From an uncultured virus (IMG/VR IMGVR_UViG_3300043961_000090) (Duplodnaviria > Heunggongvirae > Uroviricota > Caudoviricetes), in IMG/VR virus record IMGVR_UViG_3300043961_000090: a stretch of DNA of 20,000 nucleotides. One strand, 5' to 3'. Numbering within the stretch: position 1 is the stretch's first letter; every line of letters begins with the position of its first letter. The position numbers were made by a program, and so were the translations under genes. The notes under the pieces are model-generated. The model searched no databases, had not been told where the DNA came from, and saw nothing but the letters and a program-made list of their open reading frames with translations. Positions 6,438-16,579 of the stretch are shown piece after piece.

Positions 6438-9341
6438 ATGTTTGGAAAAAAGAAAAGCAAAATCGACGGTATCTTTGCCGAACTGGAAGACATCAAGGAC
6501 GATAAGGGCAAGCTTCTCAATACGGTATTGTTCTCCTGTAGGGGTGATGCTTCGGTACTTATCGAGATGGAGAACCCCGTCCAGCAGTATTCGACGGATC
6601 CAGCTCTCTATATAGGTTACATGGATGTGTTGGGTAATATCGTGGAGACCCTTGGAGAAGGCTTTGCCTTGCAAAAGCAGGACATTTTCTGTCGCCAGCG
6701 TTATCACCACCCTGTTACCTCGGATATGGAATACCTGACAAAGAGCTATTTCCGCTATTTCGAGGGCCGGCCCTATACGGAGATCCGTACCTTCCTGATC
6801 CTCACGATGGAGGGACAGAAGAGCACTTTTGTTAAATATGACGAGAAGGCCTGGAAAGCGTTTCATGTCAAGGTCAGCAAGGTTATTGACATCCTCAAGG
6901 AGCATGAAATCCGGTACCATAAGCTCAGCAAGGAAGAGGTCAACGAATACCTTCATCGTTATATGGCCTGTCATTTTCGAAAGGGATCTTTTGCCATGCA
7001 GAACTTCAAGGCCTCTGATGAAAGTCTGCGGATGGGCGCTGATGCGGTCCAGTCCTTCAGTCTGGTTGATGTCGACGAGATCGACCTTCCTTCCTTTATC
7101 AAGCCCTATCTGACCGTTCCGGTCAACGGGTATACCATCGCCACTGACCTCCTGGCATTCCTGGCAGAGATTCCCGATACCCACTGCGTCATCTATAATC
7201 AGGTTCTTCAGGTTCCCCAGCAGCGGAAGCTGCTGAGAAAACTGCAGGGCAAGGCCAAGCGTCACGGCAGCATGCCTGATCCCAGCAATAAGATTGCCAA
7301 GTCTGATATTGAGCAAGTCCTCAATGTCCTTGCCACGGAGAGCAAGATGCTCGTCAATACCAACTTCAATATCCTGGTCTGTTGTCCGCAGGAGAAGCTC
7401 ACCTCAGTCAGCTCATACATTGAGACCCGTCTTTATGAGTGCGGTATCCTGCCCTCCCGGTCAGCCTATAACCAGCTGGAACTTTTCCTGGACTGTTTCC
7501 CCGGTAATGCCTATTCCTTCAATCCCGACTATGACTTGTTCCTGACCATGAACGATGCCGCTCTCTGCCTTTTCTATAAGGAGCATCTGAAACACAGTGA
7601 GGACACCCCGCTGAAAACATGGTACACCGACCGTCAGGGACTGCCGGTGTGCATCGACATTACCGGCAAGGAAGGGTCAGTGAGATATACGGACAACAGT
7701 AATTTTTTCTGCATCGGGCCAAGTGGCAGCGGAAAGAGTTTCCATATCAATTCCGTTGTCCGCCAGTTGCTGGAACAGGATACCGATGCCGTCATGGTCG
7801 ATACGGGAGATTCATACGAGGGTATCTGTGCCTATTTCAAGGGGACTTATATCACTTACAGCAGAGAGCATCCCATCTCCATGAATCCTTTCAAGATCAC
7901 AAAGGAGGAGTATGACCAGAATTTCGGAGAGAAGAAGAACTTCCTGAAAAGTCTCATTTTCCTTATTTTCAAGGGGAACGAGGCACCGACAAAGATAGAA
8001 GACAAGATTATCAACCAGACCATCGTGGAATACTACCAGGAATACTTCCATCCCTTCAGGGAATATACCGAAAAGGAAAGAGAACAGCTCCGGGAGCGGC
8101 TGCTGCTGGAAGATAAAAAGAATGGGGCATACGAACACTATGAAGAAAAAATTGAAGAGAAGTACGCAGATCCCTATCGTATTCCGGAACTTGAAAAGGG
8201 AACTGCTGGAGGAGATGCTCCTCAAAGCAGGGATCATGCGGTGGAAGAAGAATACACCTCTCAGGAGAAGAAGCACCATGCCAAGGTCGTCCGTCAGGTA
8301 AACAAACTGCACGGTCTGGCTAATGATGATGCTGCTACCGAAGGAGAGAAGGCTGCTGCCAGCAGACAGCTCCTCCGCCTGATGCCGGAGCTTATTGAAG
8401 GCAGGTATATGATGCGGATAGAGAAAAAGATAGACCGCATGGAGGAACAACGACGGAAGATGCATGTCGGGCGGCTGAACTTCAACAGCTATTATGAATT
8501 TGCCCTGGAGCGTATCCCTCAGATCATGAAGGACAGCAGTATCAGTTTCGACATCAATGATTTTTCTGCTATACTGGAACAGTTTTATAAAGGCGGCGAG
8601 CTGGAATCTACGCTGAACAACGATGCTGATGCCAGCCTTTTCAGTGAACGGTTCATCGTTTTTGAGATTGATAAGATCAAGGATGATCCTGTCCTGTTCC
8701 CCATCGTCGTGCTCATCATCATGGATGTCTTCCTCCAGAAGATGCGTCTGAAAAAAGGACGCAAGGCGCTCATCATCGAAGAGGCCTGGAAAGCCATCTC
8801 CTCACCTACCATGGCCGAATATATCAAGTACCTCTATAAAACCGTAAGGAAGTTCCATGGCATCGCCGGTGTCGTCACCCAGGAGTTGAATGACGTGATT
8901 GACTCCCCTATCGTGAAGGAAGCGATCATCAATAATTCAGACATCAAGATCCTTCTCGACCAGAGCAAGTTCAGGGACAGGTATGACGAGATTTCTGCCA
9001 TCCTCGGTCTCACGCCCGTACAGCGGCAGCAGATCTTCACCATCAATAATCTCCGGAACCATGAGGGGAGAAACTATTTCAAGGAAGTTTGGATTGCCCG
9101 GGGGCAGTATTCTGATGTCTATGGCGTGGAGGAACCGCCTGAATGCTACTGGGCCTATACCACGGAACGGGCGGAAAAGGAAGCCCTCAAAATTTATGAA
9201 GCCCGGTATGGCGGTATCCAGACGGCCATCACCAGGATAGAAGAAGACCGCAGGAAGTCAAAGACAGACACCTATCTCGACTTTGCGCGGCAAGTGAATG
9301 AACACGGAAAGGTTATGAGCTTATGGAAGCAAAACGATTAG
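6438..9341 (+). CDS. traG: TraG conjugation ATPase (VirB4 family), 967 aa
   Basis: Walker A GPSGSGKS, Walker B IIEEAWK, and motifs LYKTVRKF..GVVTQ, IINNSD, YTTERAEK and an N-terminal LQKQDIF. Confidence 0.95.
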   Translation: MFGKKKSKIDGIFAELEDIKDDKGKLLNTVLFSCRGDASVLIEMENPVQQYSTDPALYIGYMDVLGNIVETLGEGFALQKQDIFCRQRYHHPVTSDMEYLTKSYFRYFEGRPYTEIRTFLILTMEGQKSTFVKYDEKAWKAFHVKVSKVIDILKEHEIRYHKLSKEEVNEYLHRYMACHFRKGSFAMQNFKASDESLRMGADAVQSFSLVDVDEIDLPSFIKPYLTVPVNGYTIATDLLAFLAEIPDTHCVIYNQVLQVPQQRKLLRKLQGKAKRHGSMPDPSNKIAKSDIEQVLNVLATESKMLVNTNFNILVCCPQEKLTSVSSYIETRLYECGILPSRSAYNQLELFLDCFPGNAYSFNPDYDLFLTMNDAALCLFYKEHLKHSEDTPLKTWYTDRQGLPVCIDITGKEGSVRYTDNSNFFCIGPSGSGKSFHINSVVRQLLEQDTDAVMVDTGDSYEGICAYFKGTYITYSREHPISMNPFKITKEEYDQNFGEKKNFLKSLIFLIFKGNEAPTKIEDKIINQTIVEYYQEYFHPFREYTEKEREQLRERLLLEDKKNGAYEHYEEKIEEKYADPYRIPELEKGTAGGDAPQSRDHAVEEEYTSQEKKHHAKVVRQVNKLHGLANDDAATEGEKAAASRQLLRLMPELIEGRYMMRIEKKIDRMEEQRRKMHVGRLNFNSYYEFALERIPQIMKDSSISFDINDFSAILEQFYKGGELESTLNNDADASLFSERFIVFEIDKIKDDPVLFPIVVLIIMDVFLQKMRLKKGRKALIIEEAWKAISSPTMAEYIKYLYKTVRKFHGIAGVVTQELNDVIDSPIVKEAIINNSDIKILLDQSKFRDRYDEISAILGLTPVQRQQIFTINNLRNHEGRNYFKEVWIARGQYSDVYGVEEPPECYWAYTTERAEKEALKIYEARYGGIQTAITRIEEDRRKSKTDTYLDFARQVNEHGKVMSLWKQND

Positions 9342-10057
9342 TATTATTCCTGTTTGTCCTGTTGCTTACTCTGGGTACAAGGGCCGGATTCCGGGTTGTT
9401 ACAGATCCCTGGACGACAGCTGCCGTTACGGCCAATGCCGCAGCCCAGAAAGCCATCGAGAGCAAGCATAACCAGCGGTTGGACTCCATCTCAGCAAAAC
9501 AGAAGAAACTGATGGCTTATACTGCGGCAATGGCCAGCATCCGGGAGATGTATCAGTTTACGCTGCAAAATGTGGAAGGCTTCGGACCGGAAAGCCAGTA
9601 TTACAAGGAAATTTTCTCCTGTGCCGCAGACATCCTCACCGATGTGCCCACCGTGCTGAAAGCTATAGCTAATAAGCCTGTCAAGAACTATATCCTGTGC
9701 CTGAATGAGCTGGCCGATGTCACTGAGGAGACTGAAGGGCTCGTCCATGACTTCAAGGATATCGTCAACAATGGCAGGATACGGCTTCCCGACATCCCCG
9801 TCATCAAAAAGACCATTCCGGAGAAGGAAAAGAATGACGGCTACAACCTGCTGGACCGCTATGAGCGTCTGACCCTGGCCAACAAGATTTACTCCCATCT
9901 GCTGGAAATGAAGTACAAGATGGATGCTATGGTGATGATGTGCCACTACTGTGGATGGAGTACGGTCTTTTTTGACCTTGATCCGGAGACCTGGGCGAGC
10001 TGTTTCACCGGCGCGAATATGGTGAGCGGACTGATCAATGACTGGAACGGACTTTAA
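9323..10057 (+). CDS. Secreted helical transfer protein (candidate VirB5/TraI-like)
   Basis: Signal peptide, VVTDP motif after the cleavage site, predicted coiled helices, located between traG and traJ. Confidence 0.7.
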   Translation: MEAKRLVLFLFVLLLTLGTRAGFRVVTDPWTTAAVTANAAAQKAIESKHNQRLDSISAKQKKLMAYTAAMASIREMYQFTLQNVEGFGPESQYYKEIFSCAADILTDVPTVLKAIANKPVKNYILCLNELADVTEETEGLVHDFKDIVNNGRIRLPDIPVIKKTIPEKEKNDGYNLLDRYERLTLANKIYSHLLEMKYKMDAMVMMCHYCGWSTVFFDLDPETWASCFTGANMVSGLINDWNGL

Positions 10058-10060
10058 CGT

Positions 10061-10735
10061 ATGAAGGCAAGACTATTCTTTCTTTTAGTGGCAGTGACGG
10101 CCATCCTGCCCCTCCAGGCTTTTGATACGCCGCATGATCTTCCGACTATTGAGGCGCTCATCAGCCTTCACAAGCTCATCAAGGGTAATGAAGACCAGGC
10201 CCTGGTAAGGGTGACCGCCAGTTTCGGAGAGCAGAGCATTGTCACCAAAGGAGCCACAGAGTTCAATGCTGCCCGGTCAACCCTGGACAGCAAGCTCTCC
10301 AACGGTTACAGTGCCATACTCCTTGCCAGTGCGCTGGCCGGCACGGGCACCGACCTCTACAAGCTCATTGACGAGTATGCACGGTTTACCTCTTCCATGG
10401 CCCGGACCCTGTTCCACAAGCCTATGTGTGCCTGGTACTATACGGAGGCCGGTTATGCCTGTGCCCGGGAGATGAAAAATATCCGGAAGATGGCTGTCAC
10501 CCTTTCCGCCGGCAGCATCAACCTCATGAAAGCCTCCATGGATGAGAAGCTCGACCTTGTCAATCAACTCAGGGAGTATATTGACAACATGAAGGCGATC
10601 ATCGAAGAAGCATACGCCTGGTGCAGTGTCGTAATAGTCGGCGGTTTTCATTATGACTATATCTGGGACATCCTGAACTCCGATGTAACGGACGGCATTG
10701 TAAAAGGAGTGATCAGCAAATGGTATAACCTATAA
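10061..10735 (+). CDS. Secreted helical transfer-region protein
   Basis: Signal peptide, helical composition, tight operon spacing. Confidence 0.7.
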   Translation: MKARLFFLLVAVTAILPLQAFDTPHDLPTIEALISLHKLIKGNEDQALVRVTASFGEQSIVTKGATEFNAARSTLDSKLSNGYSAILLASALAGTGTDLYKLIDEYARFTSSMARTLFHKPMCAWYYTEAGYACAREMKNIRKMAVTLSAGSINLMKASMDEKLDLVNQLREYIDNMKAIIEEAYAWCSVVIVGGFHYDYIWDILNSDVTDGIVKGVISKWYNL

Positions 10736-10747
10736 AACAAGAAGAAT

Positions 10748-11422
10748 ATGAAACGATTTCTGATTTTAGCTCTGTTTTTACTTTCCCTGAAGGTAACCGG
10801 CAGGGCACAGTCCGTGCAGCATGACTCCCAGAAGGAGAAGCAGTGGCGGTCGATGGAGACCGGTCCGTGGGATTTTGATCCGGGATGGTATTACTATTTC
10901 CTCCACAAGGATTACAGTGGAGCTTATACCAAATGGAAATGGCACGGCTTCCACTCCGGACTGCGTGTGTATTTCAGGGAGAGCAAGTCTCATGTCAAGA
11001 CCATTATGCCCGACCGTGCCGCCGCCGAGGAGGAACAGAGAGCCGGTGAGAAGAAGGCGGAGGAAGAACGGCAGGAAATCAAACCCCTGTACCAGGAAGA
11101 GCTTGCCCGTGCAGCTGACCGTTCCGTGGACCTGGTCTATGCTGATTTCAAGGATGACTACAACCGGATGCAGGATGATATCGATGACGGTCTTGTCTAT
11201 TGCATGAAGAAAAGCAAGGGCCGTCTCAGCTATCAGGTCACCCAGCTCCAGAATCAGAATGAACTGATCTGCAACAGTATCGGATACATCCATAAGACCG
11301 GCCTCGCCTACGGACTGGAGAATGTCAGGAGGGAGAAAGCCTATATCGAATATCGGAAGCAGATGCAGGAGCTGGTCAGCCGTGTTGCCCATCTGGTCGG
11401 TATGGCACAGAGCTATTACTAA
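10748..11422 (+). CDS. Secreted transfer-region protein (possibly DUF5045-like)
   Basis: Signal peptide, HD..KEKQWRSMETGPWDF.P.WYYYFLHK.YSGA segment and a coiled-coil C-terminal half, immediately upstream of traJ. Family name tentative. Confidence 0.7.
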   Translation: MKRFLILALFLLSLKVTGRAQSVQHDSQKEKQWRSMETGPWDFDPGWYYYFLHKDYSGAYTKWKWHGFHSGLRVYFRESKSHVKTIMPDRAAAEEEQRAGEKKAEEERQEIKPLYQEELARAADRSVDLVYADFKDDYNRMQDDIDDGLVYCMKKSKGRLSYQVTQLQNQNELICNSIGYIHKTGLAYGLENVRREKAYIEYRKQMQELVSRVAHLVGMAQSYY

Positions 11423-11432
11423 AGGATACACT

Positions 11433-12758
11433 ATGATGGATTTGCTACTGGATATCTGTACCCGTCATCTGTTGACCATGGGCCTTCCGGCTATTGACCA
11501 GAGTCTGGACAAACTGCTTGTGACCATGGAGACCTTCCCAAGGTCTGCCGTTCTGGGCAGTGCCGTCGGCTATGCCCGGATCCTGGGGCTCTGCCTTGCC
11601 CTCTGTGTGGGTAGCTATGAGTGCTGGATGATGATGCTCGGCCGCAGGGCCATGGATGTGATGAAACTCCTCCGTATCATCGGGCTCAGTATGTGCATCT
11701 CCTCGAGTACCTGGATATGCAATGAGCTTGCCGTTCCGGGAAAGGCTCTGGAGAATACCACTAAGCAGATGGCTGTCAGCAAGAACAGGGAGGTGGCGGC
11801 CCTGGAGCTGAAAGTGGCGGAAAAACAAGACGGCTATCTCAGACGGCTGAGGGCCATACAGGACAGCCTTTCTACGGCTAAGCAGGTCCAGGCCATCGGC
11901 GAGGATGCTCACTGGTGGGACAAGCTCATCTACAATATGCAGAACCTGGGCAGTACCATCAATGACTATGCCCAGCGGGCAGCAGTCCTCACGGAGACCA
12001 AAGCCTCGGAATGGATCAATGACATCATCCGTTTTATCGGGGAGCTGATCTTCCAGATGTCCTATTACGGTATGCTGGTGGCCCAGCGCATCTTCCTGAC
12101 TATCCTGGCGACCTTTGCCCCTATCATGTTTGCCCTGAGCATCGTGCCGCCTTTCAGCAATGCCTGGTCACAATGGATGTCCAAGTACCTCAGCCTGACA
12201 CTATGGGGCTTTGTGGTCTATATCTGTCTTTACTATGTGGACTTCATCCTGATGTATAATCTTACGGAGGACATCACCGCCTATGACACCCTTCTCAAAG
12301 GACAGGTGACGAACTGGGGTTCTATCGGTGCGCTCGGCCTGCAGGGTATCGGCTCCAACTGTATGTATGCCATGGGCATGCTGGTCGGGGCATACGTCAT
12401 CCGATTCGTGCCGGAGGTCGCCTCATGGCTGATTCCGGGCGGTGTAAGCTCCAGTGCAGGGACGACGGCCGGAGCGGTATCTGCCGGTATCGTCAGCGGT
12501 GCCGTTTCAGGAGGCACAAGTGCCGCTGTAGGAGTTGGAGCTGCGGTAACCACAGGTTCGGCAACTGCCGTGGGGGCTGCCCAGCAGGCTCACAGTGACG
12601 GCGGCGGCCTGATCCGGGAAGCCGGAAGGACCATCGCCTCTCAGACCTTTGTCGGACAGGCCTACAGCCATGGGGCGGACAGTGCCCGCTCCATGCATAA
12701 TGTCGGTACCAGTGACTCGAACTATAAGCGGGGTGGAACTCCGGATGGCAAGAGTTGA
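11433..12758 (+). CDS. traJ: TraJ-like polytopic inner-membrane protein (VirB6-like)
   Basis: Multiple TM helices, a FAPIMFALSIVPPFSNAWSQWMSKYLSLTLWG motif, VPEVASWLIPGG and a Gly/Ala-rich tail. Likely start is ATG 11433 after the upstream stop. Confidence 0.88.
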   Translation: MMDLLLDICTRHLLTMGLPAIDQSLDKLLVTMETFPRSAVLGSAVGYARILGLCLALCVGSYECWMMMLGRRAMDVMKLLRIIGLSMCISSSTWICNELAVPGKALENTTKQMAVSKNREVAALELKVAEKQDGYLRRLRAIQDSLSTAKQVQAIGEDAHWWDKLIYNMQNLGSTINDYAQRAAVLTETKASEWINDIIRFIGELIFQMSYYGMLVAQRIFLTILATFAPIMFALSIVPPFSNAWSQWMSKYLSLTLWGFVVYICLYYVDFILMYNLTEDITAYDTLLKGQVTNWGSIGALGLQGIGSNCMYAMGMLVGAYVIRFVPEVASWLIPGGVSSSAGTTAGAVSAGIVSGAVSGGTSAAVGVGAAVTTGSATAVGAAQQAHSDGGGLIREAGRTIASQTFVGQAYSHGADSARSMHNVGTSDSNYKRGGTPDGKS

Positions 12759-12804
12759 TCCAAAGGAAGCCTCTTCAGAAAAGTAGATTTGAATTTTATA
12801 TTGT

Positions 12805-13404
12805 ATGATGTTGATACAAAGTTTGGAACAAAAGACAAGGCTTGCGCTGCTGACGGTCGTTCTTACCGTCTGCGGTTGTACGGTGATCTGTGCTTTCACC
12901 GTCTATTATGCCGCGAAGCTGATCACCGATGACCGCCGGCAGATCTACTGCATCGACGGTCAGATTCCCTTTCTGGCAGAACGCAGCAAGCAGGAAGCCA
13001 ACTTCGTGATGGAAGCCAAGGCGGACATCCAGCTCTTTCACCAGTATTTCTTCAACCTGCCACCGGATGATGATTATATCAAATGGACACTGGGCAAGGC
13101 GATGTATATGGCGGACGGCACGGCCATGAAACAGAAACAGGCCATGGAAGAGAACGGTTTCTATAGTGATATTGTCTCTTCCTCGGCTGTCTGTACCATT
13201 ATGTGTGACTCTATCCATCTCGATGAGCGTACGAGGAAGTTTACCTATTATGGCACGCAGTTGATCAAACGCCGCAGCCGGGATCTGAGACGCTCTATCA
13301 TCACCAGCGGTGAGCTGGTCAACGTACCCCGCACCCAGAACAATCCCCACGGACTGCTGATTACCCACTGGAGGACCCTGGAAGACAAGGACCTTGACCA
13401 TTAA
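12805..13404 (+). CDS. traK: TraK (VirB8-like)
   Basis: Single N-terminal TM, FHQYFFNLPPD, AMYMADGT and RTQNNPHGLLI motifs. Confidence 0.93.
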   Translation: MMLIQSLEQKTRLALLTVVLTVCGCTVICAFTVYYAAKLITDDRRQIYCIDGQIPFLAERSKQEANFVMEAKADIQLFHQYFFNLPPDDDYIKWTLGKAMYMADGTAMKQKQAMEENGFYSDIVSSSAVCTIMCDSIHLDERTRKFTYYGTQLIKRRSRDLRRSIITSGELVNVPRTQNNPHGLLITHWRTLEDKDLDH

Positions 13405-13422
13405 TCTCTAATCCATTCAAGT

Positions 13423-13926
13423 ATGAAGAAAAGATTCAGACAGGCAAAGACAGCCCGGGATGAAAAGATAGTCCGTCATGCCACTACACTCGTGGACAGA
13501 CTCGCGAAAAAGGTAAGACTCCGGGAGCGGATAGCCGTTGCCAACCGCCTGGCAAGGATGCATAAAAAGAGGACGTTCTGTTGGACGATAGGTCTGCTTT
13601 CCGTATCCCTCCTCATGGGTATCTTCCTGAGTATAGGAGATCTGACGAAGAGCGGTGATCAGGGCAGCAGTCCGGATGACCTTCAACTCAGTTCCATTGC
13701 CAATGTCCGTCCGATGTTCGACGGCCTGCACCAGATACAGAATGCCAGGGCCCTGCAGGGCGGACAGGTTGGCGCGATGATCTCCAGGGGTATCTGTCTC
13801 AAGGAGCAGCTGGATTCCCTGGTCCGGCTCCCCCATAATACCCACCGGGATTCTGCTGCCATTATCGTCAAGTACCATCAATTGGAATATCTGATCCAAT
13901 CCATAAAAACAAAAGAGAAACGATGA
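13423..13926 (+). CDS. TraL-like membrane protein
   Basis: Basic N-terminus, one TM helix and a LDSL....THRDS C-terminal segment. Lies between traK and traM and overlaps the traM start (ATGA). Confidence 0.7.
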   Translation: MKKRFRQAKTARDEKIVRHATTLVDRLAKKVRLRERIAVANRLARMHKKRTFCWTIGLLSVSLLMGIFLSIGDLTKSGDQGSSPDDLQLSSIANVRPMFDGLHQIQNARALQGGQVGAMISRGICLKEQLDSLVRLPHNTHRDSAAIIVKYHQLEYLIQSIKTKEKR

Positions 13927-15110
13927 ATAAGATCAATTTCAAACAGCCTAAATATATCCTCCCCCTGGTTACGCTCCTGCCAGTGCTCTTCCTCGCCCAC
14001 ACCATCATGAACTTTTCGGGAAAAGGAAGCGATACTCCTAAAAAGGGTGTCGCGACCGATTCCATCAGTATGTCCCTGCCGGCAGCGGAGAATGTGGGGA
14101 TTGGCGACAAGATGTCTGATATGAACCAGCGGATGAGTGAGGACGGAGCCTATACCGCTGTGGACGGCATAGGTGATGAGGATGAAAGCAAAGATTCCAC
14201 CACAAGCGGCTATAGTGAAAAGGAACTTGACAACATTGATGCGGCCAATGCTGACCGGAAACGCCAGCAGAAGCAGATGGAAGATATGGAACGCAGTCTT
14301 GCCGAAAGCCGGAAGCATATCAACTCCTATGCAGGAAGCGGTTCTTCGTCAGGCAGCAGCCAGCAGGAGGAGTATGGTGACTATGCCAGGGAGATAGCGG
14401 CTATCCAGCGCAGGAGCGTGGCCCGGCAGCGGGCTTATGAAAAATCCCTGGACGGGAATACAGGTGGGACTGTGGGCGGCAGCGATACTCCCGCTTCCCT
14501 TCCCGAAGGCAGGAGAAAGGGCAGGTCCAGGACTGCCAAGCCGGAGATTGCCATCCTGCATAAGGTGCAGAGCGCAAATGAAGACCAGTTCCATACGCTG
14601 GCCTCGCCATCCGCTGCCGATGAACCGCTGATCAGGGCGATGATCGACAAGACCACCAGGGCCCATGAAGGGACCCGTCTGCGTTTCAAGCTTCTCGATG
14701 ACGTCACCCTCAAGGGGACGGCTCTCCGCAAGGGTACCTACCTCTATGGTATCGTGACGGGCTTCGGGCAGCAGCGTGTCAAGGCCAGTATCACCAGTAT
14801 CCTCGTGAAGGACAAGTTTATCCGTGTCAGCCTTTCCGTCTATGACAACGACGGCATGGAAGGTTTCTATGTCCCCGAGTCAGCCTTCCGGGATATGATG
14901 AAGGAAGCCGGAGCTCAGGCCATGCAGAACAATGTCACCTTTGATAATGGCGGCGGATCAGAGCTCAGCGGCGAGTCCATTGCCCTTCAGACCCTGCAGA
15001 ATATGTACCAGAGCGCGTCGAATGCCGTGGCGAACAATATCCGTAAGAACAAGGCCCGTATCAAGTACAACACGATTGTCTATCTCATCAATACAGGAAA
15101 CAACGAATAA
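13923..15110 (+). CDS. traM: TraM (VirB10-like)
   Basis: KINFKQPKYILPL N-terminus with TM, coiled coil, and a C-terminal IRAMID...GTRLRFKLLDD...GFGQQRV...VYDNDGMEGFYVP domain. Confidence 0.93.
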   Translation: MNKINFKQPKYILPLVTLLPVLFLAHTIMNFSGKGSDTPKKGVATDSISMSLPAAENVGIGDKMSDMNQRMSEDGAYTAVDGIGDEDESKDSTTSGYSEKELDNIDAANADRKRQQKQMEDMERSLAESRKHINSYAGSGSSSGSSQQEEYGDYAREIAAIQRRSVARQRAYEKSLDGNTGGTVGGSDTPASLPEGRRKGRSRTAKPEIAILHKVQSANEDQFHTLASPSAADEPLIRAMIDKTTRAHEGTRLRFKLLDDVTLKGTALRKGTYLYGIVTGFGQQRVKASITSILVKDKFIRVSLSVYDNDGMEGFYVPESAFRDMMKEAGAQAMQNNVTFDNGGGSELSGESIALQTLQNMYQSASNAVANNIRKNKARIKYNTIVYLINTGNNE

Positions 15111-15128
15111 AGAATAACAAACAAAGAT

Positions 15129-16067
15129 ATGAAAAAGATTTTTGCATTGCTGGCTGCGGTGACCCTGTTTACACTCCCAGCCGGCGCACAGAAGAAGTAC
15201 ACTTCCATACTCCGGGACACCACCGTAAAGGCACGGTATATCCATACCCCTGTCTCTCAGGAGACTTCTGTCTTCCATGAGGATATCCGGCGGAGTAACA
15301 TCTATGTCAATGAGGAGGTCACCACGCATATCATCATGCCGGAGAATATCAAGCTCGTGGATATCTCTACGGCAAATATTGTCGGCAACCAGTGTGAGGA
15401 CAACATCGTCCGGATCAAACCGGCACACAGGATGTACGACAATGAACTGCTCGGCACCCTCACCCTTATCGGTGAGCGCCATCTGGCCCAGTTCAACGTC
15501 ATCTATACGCAGGGGCCGAACCGGGCAGATGCCATCTTCAAGGTCAGGCAGGAGGATATGAAACGCTATGACAATCCCGATGTGCTCATGCCCGAGGGAG
15601 AGATGGCCAGGTATGCCTGGGCGATCTATGGCAGTGGCCGGAAGTTTTATGGTCTCCACTCCTCCGCTAACGGGATCAAGGCTGTCATTAACAACATCTA
15701 TAGTATCAATGACTATTTCTTCATCGACTTCTCCCTCTATAACAAGACGAAAATCAAGTATGACATCAGTGAGATACGCGTCAAGCTCACCGATAAAAAA
15801 GAGACCAAGGCCACGAATACCCAGACGATCGAGCTGACTCCTGTCTATAGTCTGAACAAGGCGACCAGTTTTCAGAAAGGCTACCGCAATGTCCTGGTCC
15901 TGAACAAACTTACTTTCCCGGATGAAAAAGTCCTTATGCTGGAAATTTCAGAGAATCAGATTTCCGGAAGGGTCATCTGTATCCCCATCGAATATGAGGA
16001 CATCCTGCATGCCGACAGCTTCAGCGAGGAACTGATGAAATCGCTGGAAAAATCCTATAAACGGTAA
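15129..16067 (+). CDS. traN: TraN (DUF4138, VirB9-like)
   Basis: Signal peptide, TTHIIMPENIKLVDIS, NIVRIKP and KLTFPDEKVL.LEISENQISGR motifs. Confidence 0.92.
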   Translation: MKKIFALLAAVTLFTLPAGAQKKYTSILRDTTVKARYIHTPVSQETSVFHEDIRRSNIYVNEEVTTHIIMPENIKLVDISTANIVGNQCEDNIVRIKPAHRMYDNELLGTLTLIGERHLAQFNVIYTQGPNRADAIFKVRQEDMKRYDNPDVLMPEGEMARYAWAIYGSGRKFYGLHSSANGIKAVINNIYSINDYFFIDFSLYNKTKIKYDISEIRVKLTDKKETKATNTQTIELTPVYSLNKATSFQKGYRNVLVLNKLTFPDEKVLMLEISENQISGRVICIPIEYEDILHADSFSEELMKSLEKSYKR

Positions 16068-16071
16068 AATT

Positions 16072-16569
16072 ATGAAAAAGCCAGGTATGATGATCTGCGC
16101 CCTGATGCTGACGGCGTCAGTATGGGCGGGAGAAGGCGACCGGTATGTAAACATCAATTCCGGATTTCTTTTTAACTCCACGCTGAATGTCACTGCCGGC
16201 TATGAACGGCAACTGGAGTATGGCGATGCCGTGGAGCTCTTCGGCGAGGTTGGCGACCGCTGGCACAGAGACCCTGTCTGTGGCCGGGTATGCCGTAAAG
16301 TCTTCTGGAAAGACCACTATTGGGACGGCGGACTGCTCTATAAGAAGAGCGTCAGACGCTTCAAGAACTCCCGTCTGCGCCTGTGTGTCGGTCCCGTTTT
16401 CGGCTCCCACACCGGGGATTATTTCTTTGGCGTGGAGGGAGGACTGGAATATGACTGCATCTTCCCTTGTGGAATACAGTTTTCGGTCATCCAGAAGAAT
16501 GATGTGAGTTTCCTTCATGGTGACACGTTCCGCAACGGCGTGCTCATTGGTATCAAGGTTCCTTTTTAA
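16072..16569 (+). CDS. TraO-like small outer-membrane beta-barrel protein
   Basis: Signal peptide, alternating beta-strand pattern and C-terminal ...GVLIGIKVPF ending in Phe. Follows traN. Confidence 0.7.
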   Translation: MKKPGMMICALMLTASVWAGEGDRYVNINSGFLFNSTLNVTAGYERQLEYGDAVELFGEVGDRWHRDPVCGRVCRKVFWKDHYWDGGLLYKKSVRRFKNSRLRLCVGPVFGSHTGDYFFGVEGGLEYDCIFPCGIQFSVIQKNDVSFLHGDTFRNGVLIGIKVPF

Positions 16570-16579
16570 GAACAAGGTT

